Below, piece after piece: positions 17,593 through 26,172 of a stretch of 29,314 bases of DNA; position 1 is the first letter of the stretch, and every line of letters begins with the position of its first letter. The position numbers were made by a program, and so were the translations under genes. Source of the stretch: a virus. Its lineage: Duplodnaviria; Caudoviricetes. Below the pieces are notes generated by a model. The model saw only the letters and a list, made by a program, of their open reading frames with translations. It searched no databases and was not told the DNA's origin. Location of the stretch: the IMG/VR virus record IMGVR_UViG_3300028638_000443, positions 1 to 29,314 of that record; one strand, written 5' to 3'.

Positions 17593-17667
17593 TTAAAATT
17601 TTATCGTCCATAAATAAGCAAAAACAACAACCCAAAAAACAAAAAAACATATATAAAAATATTTCAT
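17593..17667 (-). CDS. 24-aa hydrophobic peptide (not in the ORF track)
   Basis: ATG directly after the ThiF stop (TAAATG), GGGG RBS; MKYFYICFFVFWVVVFAYLWTIKF. Confidence 0.5.
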   Translation of the reverse strand: MKYFYICFFVFWVVVFAYLWTIKF

Positions 17668-18513
17668 TTATCTACCCCGATCGGCAGATTTTCCCTTTTT
17701 GCCTTTTTTACTTTTTGGATTGTCCCACATTGCCGGACTTAATATTTTGCTTGAGGCAGAACATCCTGCCAAAGAAATATATGTCGCATATTTCGTTATT
17801 TCTTTTTTTACAAGGATGTCATATAAATATTGTGCAGCAAATGTCGCCATTGCTCTATTAACGAGCAAAGATTGCTCTTCTCGTATTGCAAACTCCGCGC
17901 AGCTCAATTTCGGTTTTGGCTGTTTTTTAATTAGCTCCGGTGCCTGAATGTGAGGGAAAGGAATACTACTTATAAGATTTATTGCCAATTCTTTCAATTT
18001 GCCTGTTTTTTTTGCATTGCCAAGCAATATTTGTCCTGAAGAATTTTCATTGCCGCAATCAAGCCAATATGTCGTTTTTGTAAATATTCTGCCGTATTCA
18101 TCTTCGCCGCCGATACCGAAGCCAGCATCCGACACACATTGTGAAATGAACTTACGTGCCTCTGTATTATCTACTGCCCCGACAAAAATATTAATTTTTC
18201 TTGGAAAAGCTTCAGATTTGAAAATCTCTTGGACTTTTTGAGATATAGACACTATCTCTAAGCCATAGGCTCTGTTATACCGGAAAGCCAAGACATCGGC
18301 CTTGTTTTGCCCGATTTCAGATTCAACGAAATTTTGCCGGCCGACATTTTTCTTTTCGACAATATCATTGTCGATAAAGACAATCTTTATTTCCTCTTTG
18401 CTATTCAAATGATATGCAATCCTCGCAATATCTTGAGCAAGGAAACTGCCGGTACCGCCACATCCGATTAAATAAATAGCAACTGATCCTTGAGGAACTA
18501 GAGACCGCAACAT
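17668..18513 (-). CDS. PRTRC system ThiF-family (E1-like) adenylyltransferase
   Basis: IGCGGTGS, D.D.VE.KN.GRQNF, KA.VL, GAVDN, YWLDCGN...GQ..LG, SCAE, QSL.VN. Confidence 0.92.
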   Translation of the reverse strand: MLRSLVPQGSVAIYLIGCGGTGSFLAQDIARIAYHLNSKEEIKIVFIDNDIVEKKNVGRQNFVESEIGQNKADVLAFRYNRAYGLEIVSISQKVQEIFKSEAFPRKINIFVGAVDNTEARKFISQCVSDAGFGIGGEDEYGRIFTKTTYWLDCGNENSSGQILLGNAKKTGKLKELAINLISSIPFPHIQAPELIKKQPKPKLSCAEFAIREEQSLLVNRAMATFAAQYLYDILVKKEITKYATYISLAGCSASSKILSPAMWDNPKSKKGKKGKSADRGR

Positions 18514-19073
18514 GTTGAAACCTCCTCAAAAGATAGATTGAAAAAATAACCGTATACGCCTAAAAGGAAAGACATGTCCGTTATTATTCCGTTCTCCGTA
18601 CCAAATACGCCATATATTCTGAATCCTTGTTCATCTCTATTATCTGTTTTGGAAAAAAAAGCTTTCATGTTAGGATGGGTATGAACTTCAAGAATTACAT
18701 TCTTTTGCTCGGAGAAATAATTTACTTTTTGGCTTTGTCCTTCCTGTTTTGGATAAGATATAGCATATTGTTGAATATCAACATCAAAATAAATCTGAAA
18801 AAACTGTTCTTCATTACCTTTTATTTCTTTAAGAATTCGTTTAAATAATTCTAATGGTATTTTGCCATATTTGAGTTTTATTTCATTTAAAAACAGAGGT
18901 TGTAGTCCTCTAATATTAATATCTTTAATCGGCATTGCTATTTTAAACAGATTGTTTTCGGCTCGCAATATGACATTCGTCTCAGACACTATATAATCAT
19001 AGCCGCATTTTGCTGTGATATCCGGCAATTCTTCCCCATTATAAAAATAATGTTTATGTAAATCTTCCATCAT
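18498..19073 (-). CDS. PRTRC system protein A (JAB/MPN metalloprotease)
   Basis: Catalytic E (NEEQF) and HTHP..KAFFSKTD..DE JAMM motif. Confidence 0.9.
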   Translation of the reverse strand: MMEDLHKHYFYNGEELPDITAKCGYDYIVSETNVILRAENNLFKIAMPIKDINIRGLQPLFLNEIKLKYGKIPLELFKRILKEIKGNEEQFFQIYFDVDIQQYAISYPKQEGQSQKVNYFSEQKNVILEVHTHPNMKAFFSKTDNRDEQGFRIYGVFGTENGIITDMSFLLGVYGYFFNLSFEEVSTCCGL

Positions 19074-19084
19074 AAAAACGCTCC

Positions 19085-19759
19085 TTAAAAATCTTTAGAA
19101 TTGACTAAATCTTGCAGATTATCTTTGCTGTCGATTAACATCTCTTCCGGAAACTTCTTCTTTCCATCTAGCGAAATTAAATAATCTTGCAGGTCAATTT
19201 TTTTAGATATTTTTCCGTCGGATAAATCTTTATTAAAAGCTGATTCCCAGAACAAATTGTATGCTTGTTTTATTTCATGTTTTGAACAAGAAGGGAACGA
19301 GACAGAACCATGGCATATTGCCCCATTAGGATGTATATTCGGCAAAGGCATATGATATAAAGAGCCTTCTTGCAAATCTTTTATTGCAAATATTTTATAG
19401 GTTAGCCCTATCCCGTGAAAGACGTGCGCCGGCACAGGTATCGTGACAATTTTATTCTTTCTCTTTGCTTTTAAATTTATTCTTTTTTTACCTGCAGGAA
19501 AATAAAGCAAAACTTCTTCTTCTTTGCCAGTTTTGGCATAAAACAAAGTGTTTAAATCCAACAACCCTGAATTAAAACTTACTCCGGCGAAAGCCTGCTC
19601 CAATTCTTCTCCGGAAACCTCTATCGGCTGTTTTACGACTATTCCATGCTCATATCTAACATAGAATATTGAATCTTCATAAAATGCGAGAACGCCTTGT
19701 AATTCCTGATCAGGAACTTTATTCAAAATTTTCTTTTCCTTTTTATGTTCATTTTGCAT
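19085..19759 (-). CDS. PRTRC system protein B (prokaryotic E2 family D)
   Basis: LYHMPLPNI...G.ICHGS with candidate catalytic Cys; FWESAF. Confidence 0.88.
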   Translation of the reverse strand: MQNEHKKEKKILNKVPDQELQGVLAFYEDSIFYVRYEHGIVVKQPIEVSGEELEQAFAGVSFNSGLLDLNTLFYAKTGKEEEVLLYFPAGKKRINLKAKRKNKIVTIPVPAHVFHGIGLTYKIFAIKDLQEGSLYHMPLPNIHPNGAICHGSVSFPSCSKHEIKQAYNLFWESAFNKDLSDGKISKKIDLQDYLISLDGKKKFPEEMLIDSKDNLQDLVNSKDF

Positions 19760-19791
19760 TGCTTACCTCTTTGCGATTTTCTTTTTTCTTT

Positions 19792-19843
19792 GTTTTATAC
19801 CGGTTTACAATTTCGAAGTTTTATACCGGTTTACAATTTCGAA
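19792..19843. repeat. Perfect 26-bp tandem duplication
   Basis: GTTTTATACCGGTTTACAATTTCGAA at 19792-19817 and 19818-19843. Confidence 0.97.
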
Positions 19844-20623
19844 CAGAACCTTATAAAATTTTTTTTGAAATTTTGAATTTGCTCTTAATTTTCTGACAAA
19901 TTTTATCCAGCGTTTTTCTTTTTTCTTCTGTTCAGCCCACATTTCAACCAAAGAATCGACATTGTCCCAAAAAACGTTTTCTTGCATCATATCAGGAATA
20001 CAGTCAATAAAAGGACAACCGGTATTTTGGCAAAGCCTATTAAACAGATAAGTTAAATCTTGCATGAAAGGATTATTGCTGTATCTGCCGCCAGCAACGT
20101 CATCTAAAAAACAGCGGTATAAATCTTTTAATTCGTAATTTTGTATAAAGTCTAATACTCTTGTTTTTATCGTTTCGTCAGCAATGTTGTCAATTTCTTC
20201 ATGGATGGACTCTGCACCAATAAAATCGACAAAAGAAGAATAGTTCAGCAAGATTGTAGCGACAAATTCAGGAGTAGACATTCCAGTTAAATCATCTATA
20301 GAAATATTCGCATCATAATTGCCATAATATCCGACCAAATCTATCGGCACCGAATAAGATACCGCTTCTATATCATCAGTATCTATATCCTGAACTGGAA
20401 AAAGCTCTTTTCTATTGATAATATCGATAACATATCTTGCTACAGCCGAATATTCAAAATTCGAAATCTTTTTTAATATTTGCTTTTTATAAGGGGCGAA
20501 ACATTCGGCAGATAAAACCGCCTCGACAAAATCTAATGAATCAATTTTATCTGAAAGAATATTTAGAAATTTCTTAGGCGGTTTTATTAAAGATAATATA
20601 TTTAATGCAAAAGAGACGTTCAT
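19805..20623 (-). CDS. PRTRC cassette protein in the protein F position
   Basis: 272 aa acidic protein between Ubl and E2 genes; assignment mainly by synteny. Confidence 0.55.
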   Translation of the reverse strand: MNVSFALNILSLIKPPKKFLNILSDKIDSLDFVEAVLSAECFAPYKKQILKKISNFEYSAVARYVIDIINRKELFPVQDIDTDDIEAVSYSVPIDLVGYYGNYDANISIDDLTGMSTPEFVATILLNYSSFVDFIGAESIHEEIDNIADETIKTRVLDFIQNYELKDLYRCFLDDVAGGRYSNNPFMQDLTYLFNRLCQNTGCPFIDCIPDMMQENVFWDNVDSLVEMWAEQKKKEKRWIKFVRKLRANSKFQKKFYKVLFEIVNRYKTSKL

Positions 20624-21069
20624 TATATTCCCTCTATTATTACAGCCGAACTTATTGCCGGCTGTAAATGAAGAATTCTTCTATATACATTGCTTTTAAG
20701 CGAAGACCTTTCATCTAATATATTCCTTTGTCTTGCCAAAGATTCTGCTTCTTGACGACTTAATGGTCTCTCTTTTTTTAAAAGTTCTAGCGAACACAAA
20801 TCAATATTCGTAAGCGCATGTAGAGTATCCAACTTATCGACAATTTCCGCAGAAGAAGCGCCCTTTGTGCCTGCTTTTTTAATGAATTCTATGTACCTAA
20901 CTTCATCTTTTATCGTCGTTTCGGTTGTCGCATTTGAAACTTCAGGAAATGTCGAGGATAACATTGCTATCATGTCTGACTCTTCAATATCATCTCCCGG
21001 AAACTCTTTTCCGTCATAAATATAAACTGTTTTATTAAATTTTTCCACCACCTGTATTTTTTTAACCAT
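20623..21069 (-). CDS. PRTRC system protein C (ubiquitin-like) with C-terminal extension
   Basis: Y.YDG...P, S..FPE..NA, F.KKAGTKG at aa 62-70, then 78 more aa. Confidence 0.85.
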   Translation of the reverse strand: MVKKIQVVEKFNKTVYIYDGKEFPGDDIEESDMIAMLSSTFPEVSNATTETTIKDEVRYIEFIKKAGTKGASSAEIVDKLDTLHALTNIDLCSLELLKKERPLSRQEAESLARQRNILDERSSLKSNVYRRILHLQPAISSAVIIEGI

Positions 21070-21087
21070 TTTTATTTTTCCTCCTAT

Positions 21088-21498
21088 TTATTCAAAAAGT
21101 TCCGAATCAGCATTATTTTCTTCGGACGCTGTTGTTTCTTCTGCGGCAACTTCTACAGAAGGTTCTTCAGAAGTTTCGTTTTCTGCTTTTTCAGCTGCCT
21201 GAAAAAGATCTGTTTTAGGTTTTTCGGCCGTTCTTGATTCTTCTGCTATTTTCTTTGTCGTTTCTGTGTTTACTGCTACAGGAGACGTCTTTTTTGTTTT
21301 TTGTTTCTGTTCTGCTTCGAAAGCCTCTAAATCCGCAGGATAAGCAGCTATCGCATCGCTTATGGCCGTATTAATATCTGTCTCCGGATAGTTCAATCCC
21401 GTTATAACTTTGACAAACTCTTCTGTATCTTCAGCCAAGGCGATGTGCAATTTCTTTTCTTCTTCTTTAATTATTAAAGTTACTTTGTATGTCGCCAT
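21088..21498 (-). CDS. PRTRC system protein E-like
   Basis: ATG 21498 with G-rich RBS; short folded N-terminus and long acidic low-complexity tail ending ELFE; first gene of the cassette. Confidence 0.55.
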   Translation of the reverse strand: MATYKVTLIIKEEEKKLHIALAEDTEEFVKVITGLNYPETDINTAISDAIAAYPADLEAFEAEQKQKTKKTSPVAVNTETTKKIAEESRTAEKPKTDLFQAAEKAENETSEEPSVEVAAEETTASEENNADSELFE

Positions 21499-21520
21499 AA
21501 TTTTATTTACCCCCCCTTTT

Positions 21521-21883
21521 TTATCTCTTAAAATAGTCATCAATAACAGATTGTGCTTCCTCAAACCCATAACAGATATGGGCCGAATAGCCTCGTTTAT
21601 TTAAGTCTTCCTGCCATTGTTTCTGCTCCGGAGAAGTTTTCCCTTTTTCTGAAAAAGGAGTCTTCGCCGTTTTCATTTCGATGAACAAGCCGTGAAAATT
21701 CTTTCTCGGTTCAAATATCATTAGGTCCGGAGTTCCCTTTTTATACCCGGCTCTTTTTAGCGCCATCATTGTAAACAGTTTAACTTTAACGCCAGCAACA
21801 GAAGACGTAAACAAAGATTGAGGATAACGAACGGATAAATATCTTGCGACCATAGCTTGTTCATTATTTTCTATGTGAGCCAT
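21521..21883 (-). CDS. VRR-NUC domain nuclease (putative resolvase)
   Basis: GTPDL, LFIEMK, SPEQK.W...L...GY. Confidence 0.9.
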   Translation of the reverse strand: MAHIENNEQAMVARYLSVRYPQSLFTSSVAGVKVKLFTMMALKRAGYKKGTPDLMIFEPRKNFHGLFIEMKTAKTPFSEKGKTSPEQKQWQEDLNKRGYSAHICYGFEEAQSVIDDYFKR

Positions 21884-22422
21884 TATTCATTTTCTCCTTC
21901 GACAAGGTCTGCATCAGCTGCCTCAAGAGTCTTGGCAATTTTTTTGTTCTTTTGGTCTTTCTCTTTTTTCATTTCTTTTGCTGTTTTTACGCCTTTTTTG
22001 TTGAATAAATCTGGCTGGTTTCTATCTCCGGAGACAAAGTCGCAAGCTTCCTCGATTAAGAGCTTTATCGTTTTTCGCGATTCATAACTTAACCCATCTG
22101 CTACGCCTTTCATATCTTCGTAATTTTTCAGAGGCGTTTGAATCTTTAAAGAGCCTAAGCTCTTTTTAAGTTTCATCTCTCCGCATACGATAATGGATTT
22201 AATATCTTCATTCTCATAAGTAATTGCTATTGATGTAACGAATATCTTATCGTAAGAACTAGGCAACTCTGCTATTTCATCAAACACATTTTTTAAGCCT
22301 GAAAATGCTGCATAAAATTCAGGTTTTGCTTTCTCATCTGAAGATATTTGACATTTATCAAAGCCATTTTCGTATTTGATGTTTATACTCATTCCTTTAA
22401 ATCCGATGTAAAAAACTTTCAT
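21883..22422 (-). CDS. Hypothetical protein
   Basis: 179 aa, overlaps both neighbours; contains QPDLF. Confidence 0.7.
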   Translation of the reverse strand: MKVFYIGFKGMSINIKYENGFDKCQISSDEKAKPEFYAAFSGLKNVFDEIAELPSSYDKIFVTSIAITYENEDIKSIIVCGEMKLKKSLGSLKIQTPLKNYEDMKGVADGLSYESRKTIKLLIEEACDFVSGDRNQPDLFNKKGVKTAKEMKKEKDQKNKKIAKTLEAADADLVEGENE

Positions 22423-22736
22423 TTTTCATCTCCGAATATTTGATTTTCCATTTCGGCAATATTCTTGACTTCTGCCATTTTTACGACCTTTGTCCAACGA
22501 TAAGCCGTTCCTTCCGAATTAACAGATTGCCACCTGTACACGCCGGACATGTTGAAGCCTAACGTTCCTTTGACAAATAGATCTCCGTTCGTAAAATGAG
22601 TAAGTCTGTATCCTTGCGAATAAGCTTTTTCAACAAGCGTTTGAAACGCTTTAATAAAATCAGTGTTTGTATAATCAAAGCCGCCGGCTGTCTTTACTTC
22701 TTCTTTTTTAGTTTCTTTTGTTTCTTCAGAATTCAT
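22419..22736 (-). CDS. Hypothetical protein (105 aa)
   Basis: Start moved to ATG 22736 (MNSEET), GAGGA RBS. Confidence 0.65.
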   Translation of the reverse strand: MNSEETKETKKEEVKTAGGFDYTNTDFIKAFQTLVEKAYSQGYRLTHFTNGDLFVKGTLGFNMSGVYRWQSVNSEGTAYRWTKVVKMAEVKNIAEMENQIFGDEK

Positions 22737-22986
22737 TGTTTTTATCCTCTCTCCAATTTGGGCAATCATCAATACAACAAATACCGGCTGTCGGGTAAAA
22801 TCTCTCCGGATAATTGAAAGTTCCGGACTCGACATATTCCCAATTAACGATAAAATAACAATTGTTAACAGGTGTTATACATTTGCCGTATCCGGAAATA
22901 GTTTCGCCTGATCTTTTAAAATTGGCGCAGCTGTAGCACCCTTTGTATTGTTTTTCAACCGGCTTAATATTGGTTTCTGGCTTCAT
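22726..22986 (-). CDS. Cys-rich hypothetical protein
   Basis: CYSC, GKC, CC...C; overlaps neighbours. Confidence 0.6.
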   Translation of the reverse strand: MKPETNIKPVEKQYKGCYSCANFKRSGETISGYGKCITPVNNCYFIVNWEYVESGTFNYPERFYPTAGICCIDDCPNWREDKNNEF

Positions 22987-23305
22987 TATTTAAAACCTCA
23001 ATTCTTTTTTTAAGGCTGTTTATAAGCTCTGTAGTCGCTGCAATCTTCATCTTTAATACTTTCCGTTGTTTATACGTTTCTGTAGTTCCTGCGGCGACAT
23101 CCGCATGCTTGTCGCTTTTTGTGTCTTCTCTCAATTTAAGCCATATCTTCGAATATTTAATATTCGTATTTGCTAACATATCGCCCATTTTGCCTAAATA
23201 AACTGATAGCTCTACAATTATTTGCGACAATTCACGCGGCGTCATAATATCCATTCCTTTATCTATCTTATCGAACAGAGAATCTACAGCCTTAATTGTA
23301 TCCAT
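22964..23305 (-). CDS. Helical hypothetical protein in the recombination module
   Basis: 113 aa, AGGA RBS. Confidence 0.65.
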   Translation of the reverse strand: MDTIKAVDSLFDKIDKGMDIMTPRELSQIIVELSVYLGKMGDMLANTNIKYSKIWLKLREDTKSDKHADVAAGTTETYKQRKVLKMKIAATTELINSLKKRIEVLNNEARNQY

Positions 23306-23312
23306 CGTTTTC

Positions 23313-24017
23313 CTACCTTACGGAAATTGAAACTTCCTGTTTAAATTTCAAACCGGGTATTTCTTTTGTATCTTTAATCGCTCTAGCCAAAGCATTCAAT
23401 TCTTTTTGGCTAACTTCAATTACATTAATGAATAACCCAGTCTCGACAACATATTTAAGAAACGCTGGCAAATCGACAACTTCGCCTTTCCAATTACGAA
23501 CTTCAGATACGCCTTCTGCTTTAGGCACTTCTTGCACAACGCTCGCAACGCTTTCCATTGTCGCAACGACTGCTTTTTCCTGCGCAATCTCTTGTATGGC
23601 TTCAACATCTCCGGCAAGCTCTGCATCTTCTTCCATTTTTTGCAATCTTGCGATTTCTTCTGCTTGTCTTTTCTTTGCTGCTTCGGTTACCTGCCTTGCA
23701 CGTTCTTCAGCTCTTGCACGTTCTTCAGCCTGAAAAACTGCTATCTTTTTCTTTAGAGCGAGTTCAGCTTCTTCAAGGCGGGTATCTTGCGGCCTAAACC
23801 AATCCATTATGGTTTTTTTTGCCGCGTCTAACGGACGTGTTAACTTTTTCCTTTCCTCTTCCAATTTTGCTTTTTGTATTTTTATCTCTTTAAGAAAATC
23901 TGCGGCAAAATTAAGAGATTGAATATCTGTAATCTCTACTTCTTTTATTTCGCCGGAAAGTTTTTCTATTTGTTTAACAACAGCTGTCGCCTCTTTAGAA
24001 ACTTTGATATCTGCCAT
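23313..24017 (-). CDS. Coiled-coil protein of the recombination module (Gam/Gp157-like architecture)
   Basis: Long coiled coil, C-terminal W...VVD and IPGL motifs; follows the exonuclease. Confidence 0.55.
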   Translation of the reverse strand: MADIKVSKEATAVVKQIEKLSGEIKEVEITDIQSLNFAADFLKEIKIQKAKLEEERKKLTRPLDAAKKTIMDWFRPQDTRLEEAELALKKKIAVFQAEERARAEERARQVTEAAKKRQAEEIARLQKMEEDAELAGDVEAIQEIAQEKAVVATMESVASVVQEVPKAEGVSEVRNWKGEVVDLPAFLKYVVETGLFINVIEVSQKELNALARAIKDTKEIPGLKFKQEVSISVR

Positions 24018-24020
24018 TTT

Positions 24021-24608
24021 TTACCTCTTTATTAATTTATTTTTGTTTTTCCAACGCCATATATTTAAGGCACTGAGAAATAATGCGAAATCTCCGGCGT
24101 CTGTATACGGCGTAATAGAATATGTTTCGTCAGCCTTCAATTGTACGCCCCATCTTTCAGTCTTCGGCTCATTAATGCCAAGAGCATAAGCTGCCGTCTG
24201 TATGGCTGTCGCCGGAGACATTGTCGTTGATGTTTTGATATCTAAAATTATTTTTCTGCCATCAGCTGTGCCGATTCTGTCGATTGTCCCGCAATAGCCA
24301 TACAAAGAACAGTAGAATTTTTTTTCAATATCAATTGGTACAAACGAATGTTCGGCTTTAAATTTTTTCCAGGCATTTAAGTATGGAATTAAAGGCGCCG
24401 ACAATGAGCTATAATCGAGTTCATTTTTGTCTTCCAATTCGGTAGTTATGTGCGCCGCCGTTCCGAACTTTAGAGCTTTTGCCATTACCGGAGCAGGCAC
24501 TGCAGAGAAATCAGTCAAACCTACTTGCGATATGATTTTAGTAACAGACGGCTTTTCTATATCATCAACAAAATATAGATGGTTTTCAGCGTCAAATCTC
24601 AATTCCAT
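24021..24608 (-). CDS. PD-(D/E)XK exonuclease, likely partner of Bet
   Basis: PSVT.II, GT.AH, YCGTID, ILDIKT, Q..AY; ATG 24608 with GGAGG RBS. Confidence 0.85.
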   Translation of the reverse strand: MELRFDAENHLYFVDDIEKPSVTKIISQVGLTDFSAVPAPVMAKALKFGTAAHITTELEDKNELDYSSLSAPLIPYLNAWKKFKAEHSFVPIDIEKKFYCSLYGYCGTIDRIGTADGRKIILDIKTSTTMSPATAIQTAAYALGINEPKTERWGVQLKADETYSITPYTDAGDFALFLSALNIWRWKNKNKLIKR

Positions 24609-25587
24609 CGTCATTTGCCTCCGTAGCAGTATCTGCCGCATATACCGTTTTTCCGTTAAAGACTCCCGCTGACCTTACATTGTCAAAAACATGTTCAACA
24701 CCGGCAACGAAATCATTATCCGTAAACATCCTGATTTCTGCGCCAATTGGGCTTTTATTGCTGTAGGAGTCTATCGTCTGTATTATTGCGATTGTTTTTC
24801 CTGATTTCGACTTCGTTTTTCCAACGCTTTTTATAAAGCATTTTACTTTCGAAAGAGGGCTCGACTCTTTTTTTAGGTTTAGGACATCCTGCAAAGAAGA
24901 ATATTCAGCTTTTGGCTCTTCAACTTCTTTTTGTTTTTTAGGCTCTTTTTTTTCTTCTACGGCAGGTTCTTCTTTCTGCTTTTCTTCAACACTTGTATCA
25001 GCTGTTTTTGATTTAGCCTGTGGGACATCAACATCCGGTTTGCCAGGAGTGACATCTATGGACTCTCTAATTCTTTCTGCTTCGTCTTCATCGTATATTC
25101 CTGAAATGCCAAAAGCTTTACGGGCACATTGGATATAAGATTTATGATTAAGCATTCTGATAGGCCATTTTTGCCAAGTGTTGTTCGCCTCGTTTTTACA
25201 TTCAGCCATATATTCATTTGCTATTGTTGGATATTTTCTGTCTTTATGGTACATTTTTGTAGTTATGCTTATAACATTCCCTTTTTCATCTCTATTCTCA
25301 ATCTGTTCCATGCCATCATAATTCGGCTGAGAATTAACTATGTGCACCCAACCATCAACAGAAACAACTGGAACAACCCCTCCTCCTTTTGCCGCAAAAG
25401 CATGAATTTGTTTAAGAATTGGATTAAGTTTATAAGCATTTGCAGTCATAACTGCCGCCATAAAATCCTCATCCGTTAGACAATTTTTAAATGCTGTTTT
25501 TTTTAATACATTCTTCAATGTTGCCGGCTCTGCCTTTAGAAAATTTGCTAATTCCTTCATAGGGTCTTTGGAAAGTTCATTTGACAT
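24592..25587 (-). CDS. bet: Single-strand annealing recombinase, Red-beta family
   Basis: Y.LNP..K.I.AF, GGVVPVVSVDGW, W..WP.RML.HK..IQCAR.AFG..GIYD.DEAERI. Confidence 0.93.
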   Translation of the reverse strand: MSNELSKDPMKELANFLKAEPATLKNVLKKTAFKNCLTDEDFMAAVMTANAYKLNPILKQIHAFAAKGGGVVPVVSVDGWVHIVNSQPNYDGMEQIENRDEKGNVISITTKMYHKDRKYPTIANEYMAECKNEANNTWQKWPIRMLNHKSYIQCARKAFGISGIYDEDEAERIRESIDVTPGKPDVDVPQAKSKTADTSVEEKQKEEPAVEEKKEPKKQKEVEEPKAEYSSLQDVLNLKKESSPLSKVKCFIKSVGKTKSKSGKTIAIIQTIDSYSNKSPIGAEIRMFTDNDFVAGVEHVFDNVRSAGVFNGKTVYAADTATEANDDGIEI

Positions 25588-25590
25588 TTT

Positions 25591-25740
25591 TTACTCCTCC
25601 GTTTTTTTTATTTCTGTTTCTAAATCAAAAATTTTAATTTTCAGCATGCGAATCTTGTAAAAGTCTTGCTTCTCCTCTGGAAAACTCACAAAAAAACGAA
25701 GCCGTTTTTTTAAAATTTCTAATCTTTTAATAGAGTCCAT
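25591..25740 (-). CDS. Small hypothetical protein (49 aa)
   Basis: MDSIKRLE...KKTEE; below the ORF-track cutoff; fills an operon gap. Confidence 0.5.
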   Translation of the reverse strand: MDSIKRLEILKKRLRFFVSFPEEKQDFYKIRMLKIKIFDLETEIKKTEE

Positions 25741-25900
25741 TTCTTAATCTCTCTTTGTCTATGAGATATTTGAATTTGCACTGATAACAAAAATGTTCTG
25801 TTACCGTATTACTTCTTTTAATTACTGATTCCGAATGATGACAATTTTTTACCTCTTCAGGCATTTTTTCCCAGTCAGCAGTAACGCCTAAATCTTTCAA
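25727..25900 (-). CDS. Small Cys/His protein (57 aa)
   Basis: TTG start; KDLGVTADW...C.H...CYQC.F.Y..D; start uncertain. Confidence 0.45.
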   Translation of the reverse strand: MKDLGVTADWEKMPEEVKNCHHSESVIKRSNTVTEHFCYQCKFKYLIDKERLRNGLY

Positions 25901-25941
25901 ATTTGCTTGATCTCCGGACTTTTTTTCACTTTTCCCCCTTT

Positions 25942-26172
25942 TTATTTATTTGACAAATTTATTTCTTTGCCGAAAGCCGCTGAATTGCCGATATAAGTTT
26001 TAGAGCCATCGGCAAAAACTATCTCCGTGCATTTGCTATGCTCAATATATTTTGTACGGCAAGAAGCAAACAATATAGAACCGCCAAAAAATAATGCGTA
26101 TGCAATAACAACAACAACGGCTATGAAAACTATTATTGTGATTTTGTCCCTCGTTTTATTGCTTAATTTCAT
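25942..26172 (-). CDS. Small membrane protein
   Basis: One hydrophobic segment; GGAGG RBS. Confidence 0.65.
   Translation of the reverse strand: MKLSNKTRDKITIIVFIAVVVVIAYALFFGGSILFASCRTKYIEHSKCTEIVFADGSKTYIGNSAAFGKEINLSNK

Noticed and set aside
17668-21498. CBASS Cap2/Cap3, Bil defence system, or thiamine/molybdopterin biosynthesis
   Set aside because: No CD-NTase or cofactor enzymes; motifs and gene order match PRTRC
21510-21516. G7 tract as a phase-variable switch before the cassette
   Set aside because: Short, and adequately explained as a Shine-Dalgarno sequence
24021-24608. Cas4
   Set aside because: No four-Cys Fe-S motif; context is a Bet-exonuclease pair
25897-25929. GTG start with an A7 run, one base out of frame with the 57-aa ORF
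   Set aside because: Not a canonical slippery heptamer in frame, and an alternative TTG start exists; an indel cannot be excluded
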